Shown here: in pieces, positions 1 through 7,953 of the stretch
Numbering within the stretch: position 1 is the stretch's first letter
Layout of the letters: each line of letters begins with the position of its first letter
From: Oscillospiraceae bacterium
GTDB lineage: Bacteria > Bacillota > Clostridia > Oscillospirales > Oscillospiraceae
Direction of reading: 5' to 3'
DNA length: 64,000 bases
NCBI GenBank assembly: GCA_016296635.1
Contig: JAEDIZ010000001.1
Location: 6,002-70,001 of the forward strand
Position numbers and translations under genes: made by a program
The notes under the pieces: generated by a model
Told to the model about the DNA's origin: nothing
Seen by the model: the letters and a program-made list of their open reading frames with translations, nothing else
Database searches by the model: none

Positions 1-879
1 CGCGTAAAGCCGCTCCGCCTGATCGTGGTTGATCTGATAAAAAGCCGCCGGGGAGAGTCGGAACACAAGTCCGCAGAGCGTGTCCTCAATGACGCCCTCG
101 CCGTACAGATTCTCAAACCGGTCACCCAAAACCGTGTTGCCGCGCTTCTGATTGTAGCTGACGGTGATGGTTGTAACGGTCGGCTCTGCCTGCAAAATGG
201 CGGCGGCGAGCTGCCTTTTCTTCGGAAGCGTTTCGCAGTTTGCTACGATGCAGACCATCAGCTGCCCGGACACCGCGCCCCGGCGCAGATAGATGTGACG
301 GATGTAGCCGGTATGATTGGTTTCATCGTAGGCGCGGATGTTGTACTGCGCCATCCACGCAAGCACCGCCCGGCGGACGCGGTCGGCACATTCCGGCTGA
401 AGTCTGCAATGCTCGATGGAGGTGACGCGGTGGGTGCGCGCCGCATAGAATCCGGCGGCGGCTTTTCCGTTTTGCTCCTGCACGGGGTACTGCATTTTAT
501 TGCGGTAGCCGTCCACGCGGTCTGCGCCCGTGATGGGGAGGTTTTCGACCTCTGCGCCGCCGATGCGCGTGAGCGCATCAAAAACCCGCAGCCGTTTGAT
601 TTCAAGCTCCTGCTCGTAGTCCATGTGGCGGAAATCGCAGCCGCCGCAGCTTTCAAAGTAGGGGCAGTCCGGCTCAATCCGGTGCGGCGAAGCTTTTTCA
701 ACGAAAACGAGCGCGCCGTGGGCGCAGGTTTTGCCGATGTTGATGATCTTTACGCGGCAGGTTTCGCCGATGATTGCGCCGGGCACGAAAACGACCGCAT
801 TTTCAATGCGGCCTACGCCCTCGCCGTCGGAGGACATGCCGGTGATTTCCATGGTGTAGTGTTTATTGAGTGTGAGCAT
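1..879 (-). CDS. rlmD: 23S rRNA (uracil-5)-methyltransferase RlmD/RumA family, 3' end outside window
   Basis: Not in ORF track. Manual translation from ATG 879: MLTLNKHYTMEITGMSSDGEGVGRIENAVVFVPGAIIGE...CPYFESCGGCDFRH (TRAM domain plus Fe-S Cys motif); GAGG RBS upstream. Confidence 0.9.
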   Translation of the reverse strand, partial: MLTLNKHYTMEITGMSSDGEGVGRIENAVVFVPGAIIGETCRVKIINIGKTCAHGALVFVEKASPHRIEPDCPYFESCGGCDFRHMDYEQELEIKRLRVFDALTRIGGAEVENLPITGADRVDGYRNKMQYPVQEQNGKAAAGFYAARTHRVTSIEHCRLQPECADRVRRAVLAWMAQYNIRAYDETNHTGYIRHIYLRRGAVSGQLMVCIVANCETLPKKRQLAAAILQAEPTVTTITVSYNQKRGNTVLGDRFENLYGEGVIEDTLCGLVFRLSPAAFYQINHDQAERLYA

Positions 880-890
880 AATTACCTCAT

Positions 891-906
891 TGTTTCACAT
901 GAAACA
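891..906. promoter_or_regulatory. parS centromere-like site
   Basis: TGTTTCACATGAAACA, one mismatch to the Firmicutes parS consensus TGTTNCACGTGAAACA; identical copy at 3035; parAB nearby. Confidence 0.85.
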
Positions 907-930
907 TTTTGTGTGTGATTGCATTTTGCT

Positions 931-1087
931 GTAGGGGCCGGCGTCCCCGACGGCTCGCCGCGATCCCATGCGTGTCATTGCAAACCTGTAGGGCGCGATG
1001 CCTTCGCCGCGCCGCCGATGTTTCATGCACAGAATTAGCAATGCACTGCAGGGGCGCGAAATGCGCGTCTGCCGCGCCGCAATGACA
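931..1087. repeat. REP-like palindrome cluster 1
   Basis: GTAG+hairpin units at 931 and 988, degenerate linker at 1017-1036, GTCATTGC/GCAATGAC motifs. Confidence 0.7.
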
Positions 1088-1184
1088 CGCGGGCAAAAGC
1101 ATACCTGTTTAATGTATATCATTTTATCACACCGAAAACCTTGTGTAAAGCGCACCTGTGCGCTATACTGCTTGTGGTGATTCT

Positions 1185-2069
1185 ATGTTAAACTATCAGA
1201 ACTGTACCCTTTGCCCGCGCCAATGCGGCGTAGACCGCACCGCAGGAAAAACCGGCTTCTGCGGCATGCCGGGAAGTTTATTCGCTGCCCGCGCAGCGGC
1301 ACATTACTGGGAAGAACCCGTCATTTCCGGCTCCTTCGGCTCCGGCGCGGTGTTCTTTTCCGGCTGTACCCTCGGCTGCGCCTTCTGTCAGAATGAAAAA
1401 ATCTCCCACGAAAACTTCGGCAGAGAGATTTCCCATTCTCAGCTGCGGGAAATTTTTGAGCGTCTTATCGATGAAGGCTGTCAGAATATCAACCTTGTCA
1501 CGCCGACCCATTTTCTTCCCTCCATCCTCCCTGCCCTCACGCCCAAGCTCCCCGTTCCCGTGGTCTATAACTGCGGCGGCTATGAGCGCGTGGAAACGCT
1601 GCAGGAGCTGGATGGCCTTGTCGATATTTACCTGCCGGATATGAAGTTTTCCGATAACGCGCTGGCGAAAACACTTTCCCGCGCGCCGGATTATTTTGAA
1701 ACGGCGGCTGCCGCCATCCGGGAGATGTACCGGCAGACCGGCTCCTTTGTGATCGAGGACGAGCAGATGACCCGCGGCGTCATCATCCGCCATCTGATCC
1801 TGCCCGGCGCCATCGACAATTCCCTCGGCGTGCTCGACTGGATCGCGGAGTCTTTTCCCGAAAACGATGTGCTGGTCAGTCTGATGAGCCAGTATGTGCC
1901 CATGGGCAGAGCAAAATCCATGCCGCCTTTCGACCGCACCATCACGGAGGAGGAATACGATGCCGTGCTTTCCTATATGGACTTTCTCGGTATCGAAAAC
2001 GGCTTCACGCAGGATTTTACGGCAGCCAGTACGGATTTTATCCCGCCTTTCGACCTTGAAGGCATTTAA
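1185..2069 (+). CDS. Radical SAM protein, PflX / pyruvate formate-lyase activating enzyme-like
   Basis: CTLCPRQC N-terminus, CTLGCAFC CxxxCxxC motif, DIYLPDMK, RHLILPG. Confidence 0.85.
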   Translation: MLNYQNCTLCPRQCGVDRTAGKTGFCGMPGSLFAARAAAHYWEEPVISGSFGSGAVFFSGCTLGCAFCQNEKISHENFGREISHSQLREIFERLIDEGCQNINLVTPTHFLPSILPALTPKLPVPVVYNCGGYERVETLQELDGLVDIYLPDMKFSDNALAKTLSRAPDYFETAAAAIREMYRQTGSFVIEDEQMTRGVIIRHLILPGAIDNSLGVLDWIAESFPENDVLVSLMSQYVPMGRAKSMPPFDRTITEEEYDAVLSYMDFLGIENGFTQDFTAASTDFIPPFDLEGI

Positions 2070-2072
2070 TTG

Positions 2073-2111
2073 AAACATTCGTTTGACAATTCTTTGCGTC
2101 TGTGCTATACT
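2073..2111 (+). promoter_or_regulatory. lexA SigA promoter with overlapping SOS box
   Basis: TTGACA 2083-2088, 17 bp spacer, TG-n-TATACT 2106-2111; AAAC-ATTC-GTTT 2073-2084 resembles the Firmicutes GAAC-N4-GTTC box. Confidence 0.7.
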
Positions 2112-2139
2112 TACGCCAAATACGAAAGGGGCGGCGCAC

Positions 2140-2718
2140 ATGGCAAGAACCACGACCAAGCGAAAAGAGATCCTCGATTTTCTCACAAAGTTCATCGCGG
2201 AAAACGGCTATGCCCCCTCCGTGCGCGAGATTTGCGCGGCTGTCGGCCTGCAGTCCACGGCAACGGTGCATTATCATCTCAATGCCCTGCGCGATGAGGG
2301 GCTGATCGGCATGGACGATCTGAAAAAGCGCTGCATTACCCTTTCGGATGCCCAGCGGGCCGACCGCATTCCGGTGGTGGGTGTGGTCACGGCAGGCGTG
2401 CCGATTCTCGCCGTGGAAAATATTGAGGGTTATATTCCGTGGGACGGCGGGGAAGACTGCTTTGCTCTGCGGGTGCGCGGCGATTCCATGATCGGCGCGG
2501 GGATTCTGGACGGCGACAAGGTAGTCGTCCGTCCGCAGAAAACCGCCGATAACGGAGAAATCGTTGTGGCTCTTTTAGAGGATTCCGCCACCGTCAAGCG
2601 CTTCAAAAAAGAAGGCCGTCAGATCTGGCTTCTGCCGGAAAATCCGGACTATTCTCCCATCGACGGCAATGAAGCCACCATCCTCGGCAAAGTCAAGGCG
2701 GTCATCCGGGAATATTGA
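2140..2718 (+). CDS. lexA: SOS transcriptional repressor LexA
   Basis: wHTH (PSVREIC...STATVHYHL), VTAG cleavage site, GDSM catalytic Ser, ATVKR catalytic Lys. Confidence 0.95.
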   Translation: MARTTTKRKEILDFLTKFIAENGYAPSVREICAAVGLQSTATVHYHLNALRDEGLIGMDDLKKRCITLSDAQRADRIPVVGVVTAGVPILAVENIEGYIPWDGGEDCFALRVRGDSMIGAGILDGDKVVVRPQKTADNGEIVVALLEDSATVKRFKKEGRQIWLLPENPDYSPIDGNEATILGKVKAVIREY

Positions 2719-2744
2719 ATGTAAAATGTATTCAAAATTGTTTT

Positions 2745-2990
2745 GTAGGGCGGGGGCATGCCCCCCGCCGTTTTTTTAACCGTAAATATGCGTTTGCAAG
2801 GGTCGGCGCATGGATGTTTCTGCCATGATCCGACTGATACCCCAGGCAGATTTGCAGGGCAAGGGCTTGCCCTTGCCGCCGTATTCCATCTGCAGTCACA
2901 AATATGCCTTTGTAGGGGTCGGCATCCTCGACGACCCTTGCTGTGATACTCCATTCGCAGAACCGATCGAACCCCTTGGGTGTTTCGACC
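2745..2990. repeat. REP-like palindrome cluster 2
   Basis: GTAG/GCAG+hairpin units at 2745, 2854 and 2912; linker GATACTCCATTCGCAGAACCG 2945-2965. Confidence 0.75.
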
Positions 2991-3034
2991 CACTGCATCA
3001 AAAACCCGACCCTATTTTTCACAAAAGAGCGAAA

Positions 3035-3050
3035 TGTTTCACATGAAACA
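3035..3050. promoter_or_regulatory. parS site inside an extended hairpin, just upstream of the parAB promoter
   Basis: TGTTTCACATGAAACA; promoter TTGCAA 3066-3071, 17 bp spacer, TATAAT 3089-3094. Confidence 0.85.
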
Positions 3051-3130
3051 TTCCGCTCTTTTTTATTGCAATCTGAAACCGCGCCGTATATAATATAGGC
3101 TGAAAAACAAAGACAGAGAGAAGGCAGACC

Positions 3131-3889
3131 ATGGGCAGAATCATCGCAATTGTCAATCAGAAGGGCGGCGTGGGCAAGACCACCACGGCGGTCAATCTGT
3201 CCGCAGCGCTGACGGCGCGGGGCAAAAAAGTACTGCTCTTCGATTTTGACCCGCAGGCCAATGCCACCTCCGGCGTGGGCGTGGATAAAAATGCCGTTTC
3301 TGCCACATCCTACGATGTTGTCATCAATGAAACGACAGCGCAGGAGGCCGTGGTGCATACGGACTACTGCGATCTGATCCCCTCCTCGGCGGCGCTGTCC
3401 GGTGCCGGCGTGGAGCTGGTGGGCGTGGAAAACCGCGAATTCGTGCTGAAAAATGCGCTGGCGCCGCTGCGCGCGCAGTATGACTATATTTTCATCGACT
3501 GTCCGCCGTCATTGGAGCTGCTGACGCTGGGTTCCCTCTGCGCGGCGGATGAAATCCTCATCCCGGTGCAGTGTGAATACTATGCGCTGGAGGGGTTGTC
3601 CGATCTGATGATGACGCTGCGCGCGGTCAAGCGCAGACTGAATCCCGGACTTTCGATTTACGGCGTGCTGCTGACCATGTATGACGGCAGAACGAACTTC
3701 TCCGCGCAGGTGGCGGAGGAAGTCCGCCGTCATTTCCCGGGAAAGGTCTTTGCCAATGCCATCGTGCGCAATGTCCGGTTGGCAGAGGCGCCGAGCCACG
3801 GCATGCCGGTCACGGTGTACGATAAATTCAGCCGCGGTGCGCAGGCGTATAACGCCATAGCCGAGGAAATGCTGGCAAAGGACGCATAA
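3131..3889 (+). CDS. parA: Chromosome partitioning ATPase ParA/Soj
   Basis: KGGVGKTT deviant Walker A, DPQANAT, IDCPPS, LAEAPSHG. Confidence 0.95.
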   Translation: MGRIIAIVNQKGGVGKTTTAVNLSAALTARGKKVLLFDFDPQANATSGVGVDKNAVSATSYDVVINETTAQEAVVHTDYCDLIPSSAALSGAGVELVGVENREFVLKNALAPLRAQYDYIFIDCPPSLELLTLGSLCAADEILIPVQCEYYALEGLSDLMMTLRAVKRRLNPGLSIYGVLLTMYDGRTNFSAQVAEEVRRHFPGKVFANAIVRNVRLAEAPSHGMPVTVYDKFSRGAQAYNAIAEEMLAKDA

Positions 3890-3912
3890 TCGAGGCAGAA
3901 GGAGGAAGCAAG

Positions 3913-4785
3913 ATGCCGAAAAAAACGGGTCTCGGCAAGGGACTGGGGGCGTTGTTGGGAGAGGTTGCTGTTGCGGAGAACGCACAGACGCAGCCGCTGC
4001 AGACATTGCCGCTGCAGAAAATCGAACCGAATCCCCTGCAGCCGAGAAAAAATTTTGATGAAGAGGCGTTGGAAACGCTGGCGGATTCCATCCGTACCCA
4101 CGGCGTGATCCAGCCGCTGACCGTCCGGCTGATGCCGAACGGATATTATCAGATCATCGCGGGCGAGCGCCGCTGGCGCGCATCGCGCATGGCGGGTCTT
4201 TCCGAGGTGCCGGTTTCGATCATCGAGGCCGATGATAAAACCGCTATGGAGCTGGCGCTGGTGGAGAACCTGCAGCGCAGCGACCTCGATCCCATCGAGG
4301 AGGCCATGGGTTACCGGCAGCTGATGACGGAGTACGATATGACGCAGGAGCAGGCGGCCGAGCGCGTGGGTAAATCCCGCCCGGCGGTGGCGAATGCCCT
4401 GCGGCTGCTGAATCTGTGCGCATCTGTGCAGCAGATGGTGGAATCCGGCAGACTTTCCGCCGGTCACGGCAGAGCCATTGCCGCGCTCAAAAATGAGGCG
4501 CAGCAGCTGGCGGTGGCAGAAAAGGCCACAAATCTGAGCCTTTCCGTCCGGCAGACGGAGCAGCTCTGTAAAAAAATGGCAAAACCGTCAAAGCCCATTG
4601 AGGAAAAGCCCTTCGGCGTGGACTATCTGGCGGAATGTGAAAAGGATCTGAGCAAGCGGCTGGGCCGCGGTGTCAAGATCGTCTCCGGCAAGCGCAAGGG
4701 CCGCGTGGAGCTGGAGTATTACGGCGAAGAAGATCTGCAGGCACTTTATGATACACTGAGCAGCCTCCGCAGAAAGGAGAAATAA
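3913..4785 (+). CDS. parB: Chromosome partitioning protein ParB/Spo0J
   Basis: GLGKGLGALL, QPRKNF, IIAGERRWRA, ENLQR, HTH. Confidence 0.95.
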   Translation: MPKKTGLGKGLGALLGEVAVAENAQTQPLQTLPLQKIEPNPLQPRKNFDEEALETLADSIRTHGVIQPLTVRLMPNGYYQIIAGERRWRASRMAGLSEVPVSIIEADDKTAMELALVENLQRSDLDPIEEAMGYRQLMTEYDMTQEQAAERVGKSRPAVANALRLLNLCASVQQMVESGRLSAGHGRAIAALKNEAQQLAVAEKATNLSLSVRQTEQLCKKMAKPSKPIEEKPFGVDYLAECEKDLSKRLGRGVKIVSGKRKGRVELEYYGEEDLQALYDTLSSLRRKEK

Positions 4786-4788
4786 CGG

Positions 4789-5334
4789 ATGAACGAAGAA
4801 GAAAAGCAGGGCTTGAGCGAAAAGCGAAAGGCCGCGCTGCTGCGGTATATGGCGATTCTGTTTGCAATGGCGTTTCTGCTGGTGGCGGCATCGCTGATCA
4901 TGCAGATGCATAATTCGCAGACAACAATCTCCGAGCTGAACGCGACCAGTTCCAGCGCGCTTTCCAATGCGGAAAAGCTGCAGGAGCAGAGCCGTGAGCT
5001 GCAGGAATCGAACCAGCGGCTTCAGGAGGAAAACGATACGCTGCAGGAGCTGGTGGCCCAGCTGCAGCAGACCATCGATGGGCAGGAGCAGGCCGCGCAG
5101 GAGGAATCCACCGAAACCGAGCAGGCGCTGAAGGATGCGAAGAAGGAAGCCGCCGAGCAGAAAAAGACGGCAGAGCGCACGGCGCAGGTCTATGAAGCGC
5201 TGCTGACAGCCAAAAGCTGCGAGTTCAAAGAAGGAAACGTCACCTATGCAAAGGCCATGGAAACGCTGAAGGAATACCGCGAGTATCTTTCCGAGCAGGG
5301 CCTTGCGGAATATGAAGCACTATTGCAGAATTAA
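4789..5334 (+). CDS. Hypothetical membrane-anchored coiled-coil protein
   Basis: One N-terminal TM helix followed by a Q/E-rich coiled coil; AAAGGAG RBS; operonic between parB and serS. Confidence 0.8.
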   Translation: MNEEEKQGLSEKRKAALLRYMAILFAMAFLLVAASLIMQMHNSQTTISELNATSSSALSNAEKLQEQSRELQESNQRLQEENDTLQELVAQLQQTIDGQEQAAQEESTETEQALKDAKKEAAEQKKTAERTAQVYEALLTAKSCEFKEGNVTYAKAMETLKEYREYLSEQGLAEYEALLQN

Positions 5335-5345
5335 GAGGGAAAAAT

Positions 5346-6674
5346 ATGCTGGATATTAAATTTTTGAGAGAAAACCCCGAACTTGTCAAGGAAAACATTC
5401 GTAAAAAGTTTCAGGACAGCAAGCTGCCGCTGGTGGATGAAGCCATCCGTCTGGACAAGGAAAAGCGCGCTGCGCAGCAGGAAGTCGAGCAGCTGAAGGC
5501 AAGACGCAACAAGCTCTCCAAGGCCAACGGCCCGTTGTTCGGTCAGCTGAAAAAGTGCGAAGACGAGGCAAAGAAAGCCGAGCTGCAGGCGCAGATCGAT
5601 GCCAATAACGCTCTTGTCAAGGCAGATGACGACCGCCGCGCCGAGCTGGACAAGCTGCAGAGCGAGCTGGAAGTGAAGCTGCGCGAGGTCATGTACCTGA
5701 TTCCGAATATCATCGACCCTTCCGTCCCCATCGGCAAGGACGACAGCGAAAATGTGGAAGTCGAGCGCTTCGGCGAGCCGACGGTTCCCGACTTTGAAGT
5801 CCCCCATCATGTGGATATCATGGCGCGCTTTGACGGCATCGATAAGGATTCCGCAGGCCGTGTGGCCGGAATGGGCTTCTATTATCTGCTGGGCGACATC
5901 GCAAGACTGCATGAGGCAGTTCTGGTCTACGCCAGAGATTTCATGATCGACGAAAAGGGTTTTACCTACGTGATTCCGCCTTTTATGATGCACGGCGATG
6001 TGGTCAAGGGCGTCATGAGCCAGGCAGACATGGACGGCATGATGTATAAGATCGAGGGCGAGGATCTCTATCTGATCGGCACCTCCGAGCATTCCATGAT
6101 CGGCCGCTTCATCGATCAGATCATCCCCGAGCAGCAGCTGCCGCTGACGCTCACCTCCTATTCCCCCTGCTTCCGCAAGGAAGTCGGCAGCCACGGCCTC
6201 GAGGAGCGCGGCGTCTACCGTATCCATCAGTTTGAAAAGCAGGAAATGATCGTTGTCTGCCGTCCGGAGGAATCCATGGAATGGTACGACAAGCTGTGGA
6301 AAAATTCCGTGGAGCTGTTCCGCAACATGGAGATCCCCGTCCGCCAGCTGGAGTGCTGCTCCGGCGATCTGGCCGATCTCAAGGTCAAGTCCTGCGACAT
6401 CGAAGCCTGGTCTCCCAGACAGCAGAAGTATTTTGAGGTCTGCTCCTGCTCCAACCTCGGCGACGCCCAGGCAAGACGTCTCGGCATCCGCGTCAAGGGC
6501 GCCGACGGCAAGCTGTATCTTGCCCATACCCTCAACAATACTGCGGTCGCACCTCCCAGAATGCTGATCGCTTTCCTTGAAAACCATCTGCAGGCGGATG
6601 GCAGCGTGACCATTCCCGCCTGCCTGCAGCCGTATATGGGCGGCAAGAAGGTTCTCCTTCCGAAGCACGAATAA
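5346..6674 (+). CDS. serS: Serine--tRNA ligase
   Basis: MLDIKFLREN, LIGTSEH, CFRKEVG, RIHQFEKQE, EVCSCSN, HTLNNT. Confidence 0.97.
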   Translation: MLDIKFLRENPELVKENIRKKFQDSKLPLVDEAIRLDKEKRAAQQEVEQLKARRNKLSKANGPLFGQLKKCEDEAKKAELQAQIDANNALVKADDDRRAELDKLQSELEVKLREVMYLIPNIIDPSVPIGKDDSENVEVERFGEPTVPDFEVPHHVDIMARFDGIDKDSAGRVAGMGFYYLLGDIARLHEAVLVYARDFMIDEKGFTYVIPPFMMHGDVVKGVMSQADMDGMMYKIEGEDLYLIGTSEHSMIGRFIDQIIPEQQLPLTLTSYSPCFRKEVGSHGLEERGVYRIHQFEKQEMIVVCRPEESMEWYDKLWKNSVELFRNMEIPVRQLECCSGDLADLKVKSCDIEAWSPRQQKYFEVCSCSNLGDAQARRLGIRVKGADGKLYLAHTLNNTAVAPPRMLIAFLENHLQADGSVTIPACLQPYMGGKKVLLPKHE

Positions 6675-6685
6675 TCCCGGCGGAT

Positions 6686-6898
6686 CTTTTCCGCCATAAG
6701 GGCGTTACAGCCGCTTGCCGTATACCAGATACGTCTGCGCGTCTGTGCCTTCTTCTGGCGAAAAATCTCTCGCCGGAGCGGACTTTTCCGCCATAAGGGC
6801 GTTACAGCCGCTTGCCGTATACCAGATACGTCTGCGCGTCTGTGCCTTCTTCTGACGAAAAATCTCTCGCCGGAGCGGACTTTTCCGCCATAAGGGCG
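6686..6898. repeat. 97-bp tandem repeat, about 2.2 copies
   Basis: Units start CTTTTCCGCCATAAGGGCG at 6686, 6783 and 6880; the two full copies differ at one base. Confidence 0.95.
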
Positions 6899-6974
6899 CG
6901 ATTGAGCACATCGCGCCGCAAAGGTTTCCAAATATCAAAAAACCAATAAAAAAACTGAAATGGAGGAATACAAA

Positions 6975-7406
6975 ATGAAAAAATTCTTCGGTGAATTCAA
7001 GCAATTCATCACCCGCGGCAATGTCATGGACATGGCCATCGGCGTCATCATCGCAACTGCCTTCGGTAAGATCACCACGAGCCTTGTCAACGATGTGTTT
7101 ATGCCCTTCATCGGCTGGCTGATCGGCGGCGTTGATCTGGCAAAGCTGAACATCACGCTCGCACCCGCCGTGATGGAAGGTGAAGAGGTCGTCAAGGAAG
7201 CAGTTATCATCGGCATCGGTACCTTCCTGACCACCATCATCGATTTCATCCTGGTTGCCTTTGTTGTGTTCCTGGTCGTCAAGGCCTTCAACAAGGCAAA
7301 GAAGAAGCTGGAAAAGCCGGAAGAACCCAAAGAGGAAAAGCCCGCAGAGCCCTCCAAGGAAGAAGTCCTGCTCACCGAGATCCGCGACCTGCTGAAGAAC
7401 AAGTAA
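6975..7406 (+). CDS. mscL: Large-conductance mechanosensitive channel
   Basis: FKQFITRGNVMDMAIGVII, LLTEIRDLL; GGAGGA RBS before ATG 6975. Confidence 0.95.
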   Translation: MKKFFGEFKQFITRGNVMDMAIGVIIATAFGKITTSLVNDVFMPFIGWLIGGVDLAKLNITLAPAVMEGEEVVKEAVIIGIGTFLTTIIDFILVAFVVFLVVKAFNKAKKKLEKPEEPKEEKPAEPSKEEVLLTEIRDLLKNK

Positions 7407-7495
7407 GCCGTTTACATAAAATGCCCGTACACGCCTGTGTGCGGGGATTTTTTTCTCTTTCACTGCTGTCCCACCCGTACCATCCAAGGTGTTGA

Positions 7496-7678
7496 AAATT
7501 ACATCTGCAGGTATCGCGGTGAGCGAGCGACCGCTTGAAGGGAGCGAGTCGAGCCGCCGGTCAGGCATCAAAAAATTCAGACAAAAAGGAAAGCTTCCAA
7601 AGAAAACCATACGGTTTTCTTTGGCGCGTCTTTCTCCATGCTTTCTGCGCGTGCAGAAAGCATGGCCGTCGGAGACAT
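7496..7678 (+). repeat. Dispersed ~185-bp structured element, copy 1
   Basis: Colinear similarity to 44529-44714; two strong hairpins. Confidence 0.85.
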
Positions 7679-7713
7679 GACCAACCGAAAATTCTTTCCA
7701 AGGGTTGTTCCTC

Positions 7714-7856
7714 GCCTGCGGCGCGATGAGGGCATCGCGCCCTACAAGGTGCGGTAAAAATGCCGCGGCGGGGCGGAACGCTGCGGACGGCGTTCCCTAC
7801 GACGCGAAGCGGCGCACGAAGTACCTTATATTTTCGGTTTTGCGTATGAAAATCGG
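7714..7856. repeat. REP-like palindrome cluster 3 (reverse GTAG units plus reverse linker)
   Basis: ...ATCGCGCCCTAC, ...GCGTTCCCTAC, CGGTTTTGCGTATGAAAATCG. Confidence 0.7.
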
Positions 7857-7953
7857 AAAACAACACACCGGAATTGTGCGGTATTGCCTTGAAAAATGTC
7901 CGTCCTGCTGATAAAATACCCAGTTAGATAAGACCCAAAGAGGGGGAATTTCC

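Noticed and set aside
5335..5345. T-box leader for serS
   Set aside because: serS starts 11 bp after the upstream gene, leaving no room for a leader.
6686..6898. Possible CRISPR array
   Set aside because: Whole 97-bp units are duplicated, with no unique spacers and no cas genes.
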